From: a virus
Taxonomy: Duplodnaviria > Caudoviricetes
Direction: 5' to 3' (one strand)
IMG/VR virus record: IMGVR_UViG_3300048833_000212
Coordinates: 1 to 54,645 of that record
Length of the DNA: 54,645 bases
Shown here: piece after piece, positions 40,622 through 49,356 of the stretch
How positions within the stretch are numbered: position 1 is the stretch's first letter
How the letters are laid out: each line of letters begins with the position of its first letter
Program-made: the position numbers and the translations under genes
Notes under the pieces: generated by a model
What the model was told of the DNA's origin: nothing
The model's database searches: none
What the model saw: the letters and a program-made list of their open reading frames with translations, nothing else

Positions 40622-40685
40622 CCTAGGCTCCCGACCTGCTACCGCGACCCGGCGGAACCGGGCAAAACACGAAGGAGACACCGTC

Positions 40686-41132
40686 ATGCGTCCCATCATC
40701 CTCGCCTCCGCCGTCGCGCTGGCCGTCCTGTTCGGTGACCCCACCGCGTCGCGCTCCCAGGAACTCGGCATCGGCCTCGGCTCCATCACCACCGGCGCGC
40801 TGTCCGGCACCGTCCAGGGTGTCCAGTCGCAGGTGGGCGCCGGTTCGCTGACCGCACTCGCGGGCATCGGCGTGGCGGGTGCCACCGCTGGCCAGACCGC
40901 CACCGGAGCCGGTGCGGCCACCGGCCTCGCGGCCTGCAACGGGAACAACTGCGCCTCCGCTGCCGGCAACATCCAGCAGAACACCACGCAGGGTGCCGCC
41001 GCTGGCGGCTCCTTCGCGCTGGGTGGCGCGCTGTCGGGTGCGACCGGCATCGGCGCCGGCCAGTCGCTGGGCGAGAGCATCGGCCAGGGCGGCACCACCT
41101 ACAACTATGGCAGCATCTTCGCGCAGCCCTGA
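40686..41132 (+). CDS. exported Gly/Ala-rich low-complexity protein
   Basis: Signal peptide; AAGGAG RBS; G/A/S/T/Q-rich with CNGNNC. Confidence 0.75.
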   Translation: MRPIILASAVALAVLFGDPTASRSQELGIGLGSITTGALSGTVQGVQSQVGAGSLTALAGIGVAGATAGQTATGAGAATGLAACNGNNCASAAGNIQQNTTQGAAAGGSFALGGALSGATGIGAGQSLGESIGQGGTTYNYGSIFAQP

Positions 41133-41212
41133 TCGGCGCGCGGCTGAACGAGACGGCGCGGGCCACCTGCGCCGTCTCAACGTATCAACAACGAATGCCA
41201 GGAGGTTTCGCC

Positions 41213-41932
41213 ATGCTTGATCCCGACTATTCCCCGGAGGAAGAGCGCGCATTTGCACGTGGCCTCCGCAATTGCCTTCCCATCTCGCTCGGAATGTGGG
41301 CAGCCATCATCGCTGTGATCCTGGTGATGTGTGGCGCAGCATCTGCGCAGAATGCGACTGCCGGCGCCGCGTCGCAGTCGGGTGCCCAGGCAGCTGCCGG
41401 GTCCAATGCTGGCTCCGCTTCGATCATCCAGCAGACCTTCCAGGGCGCACCCGCCGCCACCCGCAATGTCGTGGGCTATGAGGGATCGTATCGCCAGGAC
41501 TATCGCGCGACGATCCGCAACACGCCTGATGCCTATGCGCCGCCTGTCACAGGCGGAACCAACCCATGCTCGCGTGGCCTGTCGGCTGGCGGCTCCGTCG
41601 CAGGCTTTGGCCTGGGGCTGGGCGGCTCGTGGAGCGATCCGGATTGCGAGCGTCGCAACCTCAGCGCGCTGCTCCACAACCAGGGCCAGCAGGCACTCGC
41701 GCAGGAAGTGCTGTGCGAGACGGATGCTGTGCGCAATGCGCGCCGTCGCCTCGGTCAGCCCTGCGCTGCCGACATTCCGCCCGGCACGCCTGTCGTCTCC
41801 CCGGCTCCCGTCGCTGCGGCGCCGCGCGAGGTCATCGGCGGTGGCGCGGCTCCCGTCGCCTTCACGCGGCCTGCGTGGTGCGAGACGGCATCGCCTGCGG
41901 AGCGCCGCCAGTATCGCTCCACGTGCGGGTGA
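41213..41932 (+). CDS. membrane-anchored or exported Cys-containing protein
   Basis: AGGAGG RBS; one TM/signal segment; NPC...GFGLGLGGSWSDPDCERR...VLC. Confidence 0.75.
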   Translation: MLDPDYSPEEERAFARGLRNCLPISLGMWAAIIAVILVMCGAASAQNATAGAASQSGAQAAAGSNAGSASIIQQTFQGAPAATRNVVGYEGSYRQDYRATIRNTPDAYAPPVTGGTNPCSRGLSAGGSVAGFGLGLGGSWSDPDCERRNLSALLHNQGQQALAQEVLCETDAVRNARRRLGQPCAADIPPGTPVVSPAPVAAAPREVIGGGAAPVAFTRPAWCETASPAERRQYRSTCG

Positions 41933-41936
41933 CGCC

Positions 41937-42476
41937 ATGAACCGGATTGTCGCCGCTGCCGCCCTTCTGCTCACCCTGTCCCTCGCGGCGCCGGGTGCGC
42001 TGAAGGCGGAGGTCTATGCTGGGCCATTCGCCATGGCCATCGTCCTGGACCAGACGCGCACCGTCAACAACACCAAGCTGGTGGACCTCGGTGGTGATGC
42101 GTTTGGCGGCGGCATCCGTGCTGGATGGGGAACTGCTCTGTCCAGCGGCATCTACCTCGGCGTGGAGGGGGAAGCCTTCGCCCTGACGGGACGATCCCGT
42201 GCTGTGGTGAATGGCGTCGCCTATTCCTACTCGCTGCGTGGTGGCGCGGCTGCGTATGCGCGCGCCGGGTGGAGGTCGCCTGGAGGCGCGCTGCTCTTCG
42301 TGCGCGGTGGCGCTGTCTCCTTCGACACGAATGATGGATGGCAGACAATGCCAGCTGTCGGTGTCGGCATGGAGGTTCCGCTCACCAGCCGCTGGTCAGC
42401 GCGGCTGGACGGAACCTATGCGTGGAACGACATCGAACACTATGGCATTGCGCTTGGCGCGGTGTATCGCTGGTAG
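41937..42476 (+). CDS. outer-membrane beta-barrel protein (Omp25/RopB-like)
   Basis: Signal peptide; GGGIRAGW, YLGVEGE, ARAGW, VGVGMEV...WSARL; terminal YRW. Confidence 0.8.
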   Translation: MNRIVAAAALLLTLSLAAPGALKAEVYAGPFAMAIVLDQTRTVNNTKLVDLGGDAFGGGIRAGWGTALSSGIYLGVEGEAFALTGRSRAVVNGVAYSYSLRGGAAAYARAGWRSPGGALLFVRGGAVSFDTNDGWQTMPAVGVGMEVPLTSRWSARLDGTYAWNDIEHYGIALGAVYRW

Positions 42477-42491
42477 GGGGGGAGACGTATC

Positions 42492-42980
42492 ATGGCGTCA
42501 ATCATTGACAACCTGATCGCATGGGCGATCACGCAGGGATACGATCCTGCGGTGGACTACACGGCGCCGGTCCTGCCGGAGACACCGGAGCCGAATGAGC
42601 CGGAAGGCGCACCGGAGTTGGTGCTGCCTCCAGGCCAGCTGTCGCGGAACTTCCATGAGGATGAGTTCCGCTGCCGTGGGACAGGCACGCTCCCGCCTGC
42701 TGGCATGGACCCGGAATTGATCCGCATCCTCCAGGCGATCCGCGACCACTATGGCGCGCCAGTGACGATCAACAGCGGCTATCGCTCGCCATCGCACAAT
42801 GCGTCAGTCGGTGGCGCGCCGAACTCGCAGCACCTGCTCGGCACTGCTGCTGACTTCGTCGTGCGCGGCGTCTCGCCACAGGCAGTCTTCGATCTGCTCA
42901 ATCCACTCCATGCGGGTGGGCTGGGGCGATACAATTCCTTCACCCACATCGACACGCGGTCCAGCCGCGCGCGCTGGTAG
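42492..42980 (+). CDS. endolysin, peptidase M15A family
   Basis: LSRNF...EFRC, INSGYRSP.HN..VGG..NSQH..G.AAD, FTHIDTR. Confidence 0.92.
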   Translation: MASIIDNLIAWAITQGYDPAVDYTAPVLPETPEPNEPEGAPELVLPPGQLSRNFHEDEFRCRGTGTLPPAGMDPELIRILQAIRDHYGAPVTINSGYRSPSHNASVGGAPNSQHLLGTAADFVVRGVSPQAVFDLLNPLHAGGLGRYNSFTHIDTRSSRARW

Positions 42981-42981
42981 G

Positions 42982-43392
42982 ATGCCAACTGTGAATGACA
43001 CCATCGTGAAGGGCATCGGGATCGGCGCGCTGATCGTGCTCGCGCTCGCACTCGCGTCGTGCTCGCCTTCGTCGCTGCGCGCTGTCGGCCTGCTCGCGAG
43101 CGGAGGGATGGGTGGCGGAGGTCCACCCGACCTGAATGTGCCGCTGGTGCGGTCGGATGATGGGTCCAATGCGTCTCTGTCGCTGACCACCTGCATCATC
43201 ACCATCGGCCCAAACAGCGCCGCACTCGTGGAAATCCTCCAGTCACTCACTCGCCATGGCGTGCTCGTTCAGGCGGCTGGCGGCGGATCGTCTCGCCTGT
43301 CAATCAACAACTGCCCGCACCCCATCGATGCGGCCATGATCCGGGAAGCCGGGCAGGCAGTGCGGACGGTTCGCCAGCCGGTGGGGCGATAG
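42982..43392 (+). CDS. predicted lipoprotein
   Basis: Hydrophobic signal ending in an LASC lipobox. Confidence 0.65.
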   Translation: MPTVNDTIVKGIGIGALIVLALALASCSPSSLRAVGLLASGGMGGGGPPDLNVPLVRSDDGSNASLSLTTCIITIGPNSAALVEILQSLTRHGVLVQAAGGGSSRLSINNCPHPIDAAMIREAGQAVRTVRQPVGR

Positions 43393-43650
43393 CGCGCCAG
43401 GGATGGGCGCCTAGGCCTGCCGGCTCCCGCGCCTGGGCAACCCTCCCTCCCGGCGCCGCGTCGCCTTCTCCGCCCATCCCTGCCCCAGGAAGGCGATCCC
43501 CTCGGCCAGTCTGGGGAGGTTCCCCGGCCAGGATGCGGCTCCCTGGCCGGGGGAGGGGAGACGATCCCCACGCGGCTGGGCAGGGATGGTCGCCTAGGCC
43601 TGTCCGGCTTCCGCCCGGTCCACCCCTACAGCCCACCCATCCGGAGGCGC

Positions 43651-43869
43651 CTAGGCGCCCACCCTAGGCCGGTCCCGGTCCAGCCTCAGAAGAGCCTCCG
43701 CCCGGCGCCCATCCCCGGCTGCGATCCGGAGCGCGACCTCAGCGAGGTCGCCCAGCCGCACCGCGTGCCGGTTGTCTTCCGGCTTCCGCCCGGCAGCACG
43801 GATGGCGTCATTCATCTCGATGCTGGCCGACACGAGCGCATCGGCCAGAGCGTCGATGTTTGTCGTCAT
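43651..43869 (-). CDS. hypothetical protein
   Basis: ATGA overlap with the helicase stop. Confidence 0.6.
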   Translation of the reverse strand: MTTNIDALADALVSASIEMNDAIRAAGRKPEDNRHAVRLGDLAEVALRIAAGDGRRAEALLRLDRDRPRVGA

Positions 43870-45305
43870 GACTCCCAGTCTTCATCTTCCAGGATGCGGA
43901 GGATGTCCGGCATCGCCATCGCAGCGATGGTCGCTCCATCGACATAGGACTGGAGGGTGCGCGCATCGAAGGATCGTGCGGCCACGAGGTCCGTGTAATT
44001 GACGACACCAACAGTGCCGAGACGGTGGATGCGATCCTCGCTCTGCCAGCGCGCGATGGCGCCAGGCACGTGCGAATAGTAGATGGCGTCATTGCAGCCA
44101 CCCTGCAGGTTCAGCCCGGCTCCACCCGCCTTCGGGTTGGAGACGAAGAACCTGATGCTTGGGTCGGTGAGGAAGCGAGCCTTCGCCACCTCACGGTTCT
44201 TGTCATTCGTCTCGCCATCATAGCGCACAGCCTGCTCGCCAAGCACGTCCATCAGCAGGGAGATGTCGTCACGGAAGCGTGCCCATATGGCGATCTTCCC
44301 CTCTGTGGCTTCGATCTTCTCCATCAGCGCCGCCATCCGTGGGTTGCGCAGCGGATCATCGAACAAGCGGTGTATCTTCCCCGCCTCATCCTTCACGAAG
44401 CCGCTGGCAACTTGCGAGATGCGGGTGAAGGCGACAGCAGCATTGGCAGCACTCACGACCTCGCCACTGCGGATGGCCGATGCCATCCCCTTCTTCAGCG
44501 TCTTGATCATTGCCAGCTGCTCGGCTGTTAGGTCGAAGTGCCACTTGCCTCGCATCTTCGCTTCGATGCCGGCCTGGTCCTTCGTGAAGTGCGCGATGTA
44601 TGGCGCCGTCTTCTCCTTCCACCGCGCGACATTCCGATGGCCGATGATTTCCCGGTTCTCAAATCCGCCCATGATGCAATACTCGCGGCGGAAGTGCGTG
44701 ACGTATTGGATGCCGATGATGGTGGGGTCCAGGAATAGGAACTGCGCCCACTCTTCCTCCAGGCTCTTCGCGAGCGGAGTGCCAGTCATGATCACGCGAT
44801 GGCTGACCATCGCTCCCAGCCGCCTCGCCTCCTTCGCGCGGCGGCTGCGTGGGTTCTTGATCGTCTGGCTCTCATCGATGATGATGAGCACGCGACCTTT
44901 GTGGAGGTCGATGAACTGCTTGGCGATGTTGAAGCCATTCGCGCTGGCGCTGATCGCGTCGATGTTCATGGAGAGAAACCGGAGCGAGTTCCCCGGCGCC
45001 GCGCTCTCAGGGAGTTTCTTCACAGGCCATTCGATCCCCACGAAGGGGAGAGGCGCGTGGACGGGCAGCTGCTCGCGTATCCACTGGCGATGGACTCCCT
45101 TCAGCGAGAGGATGAGCACGCCAGTGATGACTCCCTCTGCCCAGCGGATGAAGGAGAGGTCAATGCCCACCTTCGTCTTCCCCAGGCCTTGTTCAAAGAA
45201 GACTGCGAAGTGCCGTTGCTTCCGCGCCTTCTCAAGCGCGTCCACCTGCCAGAATTTTCCCGGCACCTTCTCCACGAATGGGATCGCATCTTCAATCATC
45301 ATCAC
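43866..45305 (-). CDS. SNF2-family helicase
   Basis: EQGLGKT, IIDESQTIKN, MTGTP, GGAGLNL, QSEDRIHRLG. Confidence 0.93.
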   Translation of the reverse strand: MMMIEDAIPFVEKVPGKFWQVDALEKARKQRHFAVFFEQGLGKTKVGIDLSFIRWAEGVITGVLILSLKGVHRQWIREQLPVHAPLPFVGIEWPVKKLPESAAPGNSLRFLSMNIDAISASANGFNIAKQFIDLHKGRVLIIIDESQTIKNPRSRRAKEARRLGAMVSHRVIMTGTPLAKSLEEEWAQFLFLDPTIIGIQYVTHFRREYCIMGGFENREIIGHRNVARWKEKTAPYIAHFTKDQAGIEAKMRGKWHFDLTAEQLAMIKTLKKGMASAIRSGEVVSAANAAVAFTRISQVASGFVKDEAGKIHRLFDDPLRNPRMAALMEKIEATEGKIAIWARFRDDISLLMDVLGEQAVRYDGETNDKNREVAKARFLTDPSIRFFVSNPKAGGAGLNLQGGCNDAIYYSHVPGAIARWQSEDRIHRLGTVGVVNYTDLVAARSFDARTLQSYVDGATIAAMAMPDILRILEDEDWES

Positions 45306-45396
45306 TCTCGCTTGGCAGGTGGGGAGAGGATCGCCGCAACGGTCCTCACCTCACCTGCCTGGATCGCTCCAGGCAGGCTGGCCGTGAAGGCGAAGG

Positions 45397-45696
45397 TCAC
45401 TTCACCTTCACGAACTCGTGGGCGACATCCCAGTTCAAATCCTGGGACCGGCCACCCTTCTTGATGTAGTCCTCATACACGATCCCCGGATTGCGCATGA
45501 TGATCGCGTGCGACTTGAAGCCGGTGGAGTTGGGACGGCGCGGGTTGGCCTCGCACGTGCTGGTCAGCGTCTTCCCCGCATGGGCGGAGGGACGCCCGGT
45601 GCCGGTGGCCTTCGCCTTCGGTGCCGCCTTCGGTGCCGCCTTCGGTGCCGCCTTCGCCTTCGGCGCCGTCTTCTTTGTCGTGGTGACTTTCGCCAT
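45397..45696 (-). CDS. basic protein: H1-like KAAP repeats + small C-terminal domain
   Basis: KAAP repeats; NPRR...PGIVYEDY...GG...DL.WD; AGGAG RBS. Confidence 0.8.
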   Translation of the reverse strand: MAKVTTTKKTAPKAKAAPKAAPKAAPKAKATGTGRPSAHAGKTLTSTCEANPRRPNSTGFKSHAIIMRNPGIVYEDYIKKGGRSQDLNWDVAHEFVKVK

Positions 45697-45717
45697 TGTA
45701 GTCTCTCCTGCTGTCTG

Positions 45718-45742
45718 GTCCCTGGCGGGATGCCAGGGACCG
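45718..45742 (-). terminator. intergenic hairpin
   Basis: GGTCCCTGGC...GCCAGGGACC 10-bp stem. Confidence 0.45.
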
Positions 45743-45756
45743 GGTGGTGGCCTGCG

Positions 45757-46383
45757 TCAGGCCTTCTTCGGCTCGCTCACCAGAACGTGCCCGAACTTGA
45801 TGTCCCAGCGGAGGTCCACATTGCGACCTCCCGCCGCGATGAAGTCTTCATACTTGATGCCCGGCTTCTGGAGGATGATCTCCATGCTGTTGAATCCGTG
45901 CGACGGATTGCGCCGGTGGTTCTTGTCCTTCACCGCCTTCAGCGTCATGCCGGTGAACTCCGCGACCTTCCCCCGCTTCGCCCCGCCAGCCGCCTTCAGT
46001 GCTGCCTTCTCCGCAGCCTTCTCCGCCTTCACCCGCGCGCGCTCCGCCTTCGCAGTGGTGGCCGCCACCGTCGCCTCCGCGACCTTCGCTGCGATGGAGC
46101 CGGTGACCTTCGTGGTCTTCTCCTTCGGCTGCGTGTTGGCCTCCAGATCGGCCGCAGCCTTCTCCACCGCCTTCGCCGGCACCGCCGCCTTCAGCGTCTC
46201 GGTGATCTTCGCGATCCGCTTCATGGCGGTGGCACGGTCGGTGAACTTGTTCACTTCCGGCTCACCCAGCATCTTCGCCATCGCGTTGTAGAGGTTCACG
46301 ATGCCCTTCATGTTCGCGGTGGCGGTCAAGCCTTCCGCTTCCACGATGCAGTCACCCGCTTCCTGCGCATCAATCTTCGCCAT
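45757..46383 (-). CDS. Lys/Ala-rich protein with the same C-terminal domain
   Basis: LYN...VNKFTDRATA..RI N-domain; PGIKYEDF..GG..VDLRWD. Confidence 0.8.
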   Translation of the reverse strand: MAKIDAQEAGDCIVEAEGLTATANMKGIVNLYNAMAKMLGEPEVNKFTDRATAMKRIAKITETLKAAVPAKAVEKAAADLEANTQPKEKTTKVTGSIAAKVAEATVAATTAKAERARVKAEKAAEKAALKAAGGAKRGKVAEFTGMTLKAVKDKNHRRNPSHGFNSMEIILQKPGIKYEDFIAAGGRNVDLRWDIKFGHVLVSEPKKA

Positions 46384-46462
46384 GTCACTCGCTCCATGAT
46401 GGCGCCGTCCCTCGGCGCCGTGGTGATGATAACTGAGCAGCACATGCTGCCCAGGCAGTTGA

Positions 46463-47419
46463 CTACTCGGCCAGCTTCAGCAGAAGCGTCTGGGCCATCG
46501 CCTTCTTCGTGCGCAGATCACCGACCCACGACCGTGCCAGCCGCGACTCAGCGGAGGTCGATGCGATGTGATCGCTCCAGAACGTGATACCGTTCATCAC
46601 GCCCCACGCATCCCCCGGAGTTGCGCCCGGTCCATTCACGATGGCGCCGATCAGCTGCTGAAGAACCTTCGGCTGATTCTCCGGCTGCATGATCACTGCC
46701 GCCAGCTCATTGTCCTCGATGATGTCCGGGAAGAAGGTCGGCAGCAGCACCTTGTTGACCGCATCCTCCAGCCCCAGCTTCGTCTTCGCCAGCAGCCGCG
46801 CATTCGCCTCATGCTGGCCGAAGGCTTCGTTGGCCAGCGCCAGCTGGAGCCGCGCCGCATTGAAGTCGAAAGCCTTCATGTGGTTCTGGCGATACTCCAC
46901 CGAGCCTTCGTTCATCGCGGCCATCATGGTGTTCATGCACACCACACGCACGCTCGTGGTGGAGAGCAGCGAAGCCTTCCCCACGATGTGGGGCGAAGTG
47001 AACAGGACGTATCCCTTCACCCTGTCGCCCTTCCGCACTTCAAACTCCCGGTTGAGGCGCATCAGCCCCCAGATGATCTCACCACCACGCAGTGAGCCGG
47101 CAGTCTCCAGCGCCGCGCCTCCCGCCTTCGCATACTCCCCCATGAACTCCAGCACGTCAGTGTTCTGGATCGGCGCCCACGCTTCGCCAGTGATGGTCAT
47201 CATCTTCTGGTCGCTGTCGCGCACGAGCGCATACTTGTTGTTGGCACGATAGACCTCGCCATCCGTGCCCTGGAAAAACATCGGCTGCTTCGTCACCATC
47301 CAGTCGATGCCAGCCGCCTTCGCCATCTCGGCAGGCGTGACCAGACCTTCGACCTTCGTGCCCTGGCCATGCCACGGCGTCTCACCGGCATATGCCATCG
47401 TCTCAACTTCAGAACTCAT
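46463..47419 (-). CDS. DUF932/DUF945-family protein
   Basis: ETMAYAGETPWHG.G, AGIDW.V, PIQN, ETAGSLRGG, VRVVCMNT, AWG..N.IT...DH. Confidence 0.9.
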   Translation of the reverse strand: MSSEVETMAYAGETPWHGQGTKVEGLVTPAEMAKAAGIDWMVTKQPMFFQGTDGEVYRANNKYALVRDSDQKMMTITGEAWAPIQNTDVLEFMGEYAKAGGAALETAGSLRGGEIIWGLMRLNREFEVRKGDRVKGYVLFTSPHIVGKASLLSTTSVRVVCMNTMMAAMNEGSVEYRQNHMKAFDFNAARLQLALANEAFGQHEANARLLAKTKLGLEDAVNKVLLPTFFPDIIEDNELAAVIMQPENQPKVLQQLIGAIVNGPGATPGDAWGVMNGITFWSDHIASTSAESRLARSWVGDLRTKKAMAQTLLLKLAE

Positions 47420-47441
47420 CACCGTCATTCCTTCTTCATCG

Positions 47442-47470
47442 ACCGTGCCTGTTCCTCCGGAAAAAGGGAA
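47442..47470 (-). promoter_or_regulatory. putative promoter TTCCCT-N17-CACGGT
   Basis: Same motif family; upstream of the DUF932 RBS. Confidence 0.5.
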
Positions 47471-47499
47471 GCCCCAAAATCCAGTCGGCACAAGTGCTG

Positions 47500-47579
47500 C
47501 ATTTGAGCTGGCTCATCAGCGGAGGATGCTCATGTCTCCGGACCTCCCCCGGCGCCGCGATGCCAGGGAGGGTTTCGCC
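47500..47579 (-). ncRNA. type II hammerhead ribozyme with loop I-3' tail pseudoknot
   Basis: ggc-GAAA-stem III-GUC^-cggag[acaugagcauc]cuccg-CUGAUGA-gcc-agcucaaaug; predicted cut 47541/47540. Confidence 0.9.
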
Positions 47580-48020
47580 TTATGTGACGTATTGATATGA
47601 CCTGCTCTTCTCCGTGGGCACCCACAGGTATCCGCGACCGCCAACCCCTTGTGGCTTGTTGTTCCCTTCAACAAGCCCCATCAGCTTAAGATCATTGAGC
47701 GTCCCAGACACATTCCCCTCAAAGCCAGGCAAAGACCTTGACAGCTGCTGCTTGATCTCCCTGCTTCCAATCCCGTTTGGGTTCGCAGCGACAACGCGCA
47801 GGACAGCCTCACGCTGACGGTTTGTGACGCGGGGATCAGGGCTGCGGCGCTTCTCCCTTTGTGCTGCCGCCACCGGAGCCGCCACCGGAGCCGCCACCGG
47901 AGCCGCCACTGGCATTGCTGTCCCGTCAGCGAAGATCATCACTGACGTGTTGTCAGGGAAAATCCAGTCACCTTTCGTGACAAGGTGGATGACCTCATGC
48001 TTCTTAAAAGTTTCGCTCAT
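47580..48020 (-). CDS. protein with PVAA repeats and a probable C-terminal winged helix
   Basis: VLRVV..NP.GI.S.EI...VSGTLNDLK..GLV; AAGGA RBS. Confidence 0.7.
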   Translation of the reverse strand: MSETFKKHEVIHLVTKGDWIFPDNTSVMIFADGTAMPVAAPVAAPVAAPVAAAQREKRRSPDPRVTNRQREAVLRVVAANPNGIGSREIKQQLSRSLPGFEGNVSGTLNDLKLMGLVEGNNKPQGVGGRGYLWVPTEKSRSYQYVT

Positions 48021-48247
48021 CACTTCGTTCCTTCGTTCATGTTGCGTTCGCTCGCGAGCCGCAGCGCGGCTTTCGCTTTGGATGGCAGCTTCCGCACTGC
48101 GCGGAAATCGCCTGGGGTGGATAAGAAGAAGATCGTCACACCGCTGCTGTGGACGATACGCAAGTGGTTGGTCGATGTCCGTCCATCGACCTTCCATCCT
48201 TCGCCCAAGGTCTTCTCAACCTCAGTGAAGAATTTACGGACGCCCAT
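48020..48247 (-). CDS. HicA-like small protein
   Basis: GWKV....NHLRIVH..G..I...STPGD.R pattern. Confidence 0.55.
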   Translation of the reverse strand: MGVRKFFTEVEKTLGEGWKVDGRTSTNHLRIVHSSGVTIFFLSTPGDFRAVRKLPSKAKAALRLASERNMNEGTK

Positions 48248-48540
48248 CAGCGCCTCCTGCTGTAGTGGGTCCTGTGGCGAGGATAGGCGCGGCAGTGGTA
48301 GCAGAACACCGGCTCCACCGGAGCCTCCAGCCATGCGCGGTATCGGTCTGCGGAGCCGCGTGCCACGCAGGCCTCCATCGTCTCTCCGTCGCGGATGCCT
48401 CCGGCACCGCGTGGCGTGGCAGTGTAGCAGTCCAGGGATCGCGCCTCCGCCGCGAAGCGCCGTCCCAGCGGCGTGTCCGGTCCTGGCGTCCCGCAATGTG
48501 CGAGTGCCAGGAGAGTAAGGAGCATGAGCGCGCGCTTCAC
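48247..48540 (-). CDS. predicted lipoprotein
   Basis: MKRALMLLTLLALAHC signal and lipobox-like Cys. Confidence 0.6.
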   Translation of the reverse strand: MKRALMLLTLLALAHCGTPGPDTPLGRRFAAEARSLDCYTATPRGAGGIRDGETMEACVARGSADRYRAWLEAPVEPVFCYHCRAYPRHRTHYSRRR

Positions 48541-48902
48541 AGCGTGTTGCTCATACAGAAGGTGAAGGCGCGCTGCTCGGCTCCTGCTGAGGTGCGCGTC
48601 TCATATCCGATGGCGCTGGCAGCGCGGATGCGGAGGCGCACTGCCTCGCTGCTTCCGTTCCGCCGCGCCTGTGCGTCATTGATCGCCTGGAGCGATGCCA
48701 GGGGAACTCCCCGCAGCTTCGCATCGAAGGCGGAAGCCGCGATGGCTCCCAAGGCGCGGCAGATACGCTCCCGCTGGCTTGCGGTGGGCGCTGAGGCTGC
48801 GCTAGAGGGAGGGACAGGCGAGGGTGCGGGAGCAGGGAACACCCCGCTCGCGCCCCACGCTACGGCCAGCAAGGTCGCACTGGCCAGCAGCATCGTCTTC
48901 AT
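48537..48902 (-). CDS. exported hypothetical protein
   Basis: Signal peptide, Pro-rich linker, two Cys. Confidence 0.65.
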   Translation of the reverse strand: MKTMLLASATLLAVAWGASGVFPAPAPSPVPPSSAASAPTASQRERICRALGAIAASAFDAKLRGVPLASLQAINDAQARRNGSSEAVRLRIRAASAIGYETRTSAGAEQRAFTFCMSNTL

Positions 48903-48905
48903 GGC

Positions 48906-49100
48906 TCAGCCTCCCGCGCTGTAGGGCGAGACGCTGACCAGCACCGTCTTACCGCCAGTGGCGCTGTTCATGCACCGCACGTAGTCTTCGGCCTGCTTCT
49001 GCGCATCGGCAGGCGAGGCTGCAGTGATGATCTTCCCCGGCATGTTCTTCGGCGCGCCACCGAGCAGCTGGTTGGTCGTGTGGATGATGTAATAGTTCAT
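48906..49100 (-). CDS. hypothetical protein (MNYYIIH...)
   Basis: AAGGA RBS directly after a ribozyme. Confidence 0.7.
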   Translation of the reverse strand: MNYYIIHTTNQLLGGAPKNMPGKIITAASPADAQKQAEDYVRCMNSATGGKTVLVSVSPYSAGG

Positions 49101-49118
49101 GACTCGTTCCTTCGTGGT

Positions 49119-49185
49119 TGGCTCATCAGGTGGGGTCATCCCCACGACCTTCGCGGCGCCGGGGGAGCGCCGCTAGGTTTCGCCA
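49119..49185 (-). ncRNA. type II hammerhead ribozyme
   Basis: uggc-GAAA-ccuagcggcgc..gcgccgcgaag-GUC^-gugggg-auga-ccccac-CUGAUGA-gcca; cut 49146/49145. Confidence 0.92.
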
Positions 49186-49356
49186 TCAGTGTGTCTTCCC
49201 TGTCACCATCTGCCCGATGATGAAGCGCGTCATGTCGTTTATGAACATGATGTGGTCTGCGCTCTTCGGCTCTTCGCTGAGGATCGCTCGCATGTGGGCA
49301 CGATATGCGCGCGCCTCCTTCGCGGCTGCGTCGCGCGCAGTCTTGTCCTCCAGCAT
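49186..49356 (-). CDS. hypothetical protein (56 aa)
   Basis: GGAGG RBS; the stop abuts the ribozyme. Confidence 0.65.
   Translation of the reverse strand: MLEDKTARDAAAKEARAYRAHMRAILSEEPKSADHIMFINDMTRFIIGQMVTGKTH

Noticed and set aside
46384-46462. Structured spacer as another ribozyme class
   Set aside because: Only simple hairpins are visible; no twister, pistol or HDV consensus could be matched by eye.
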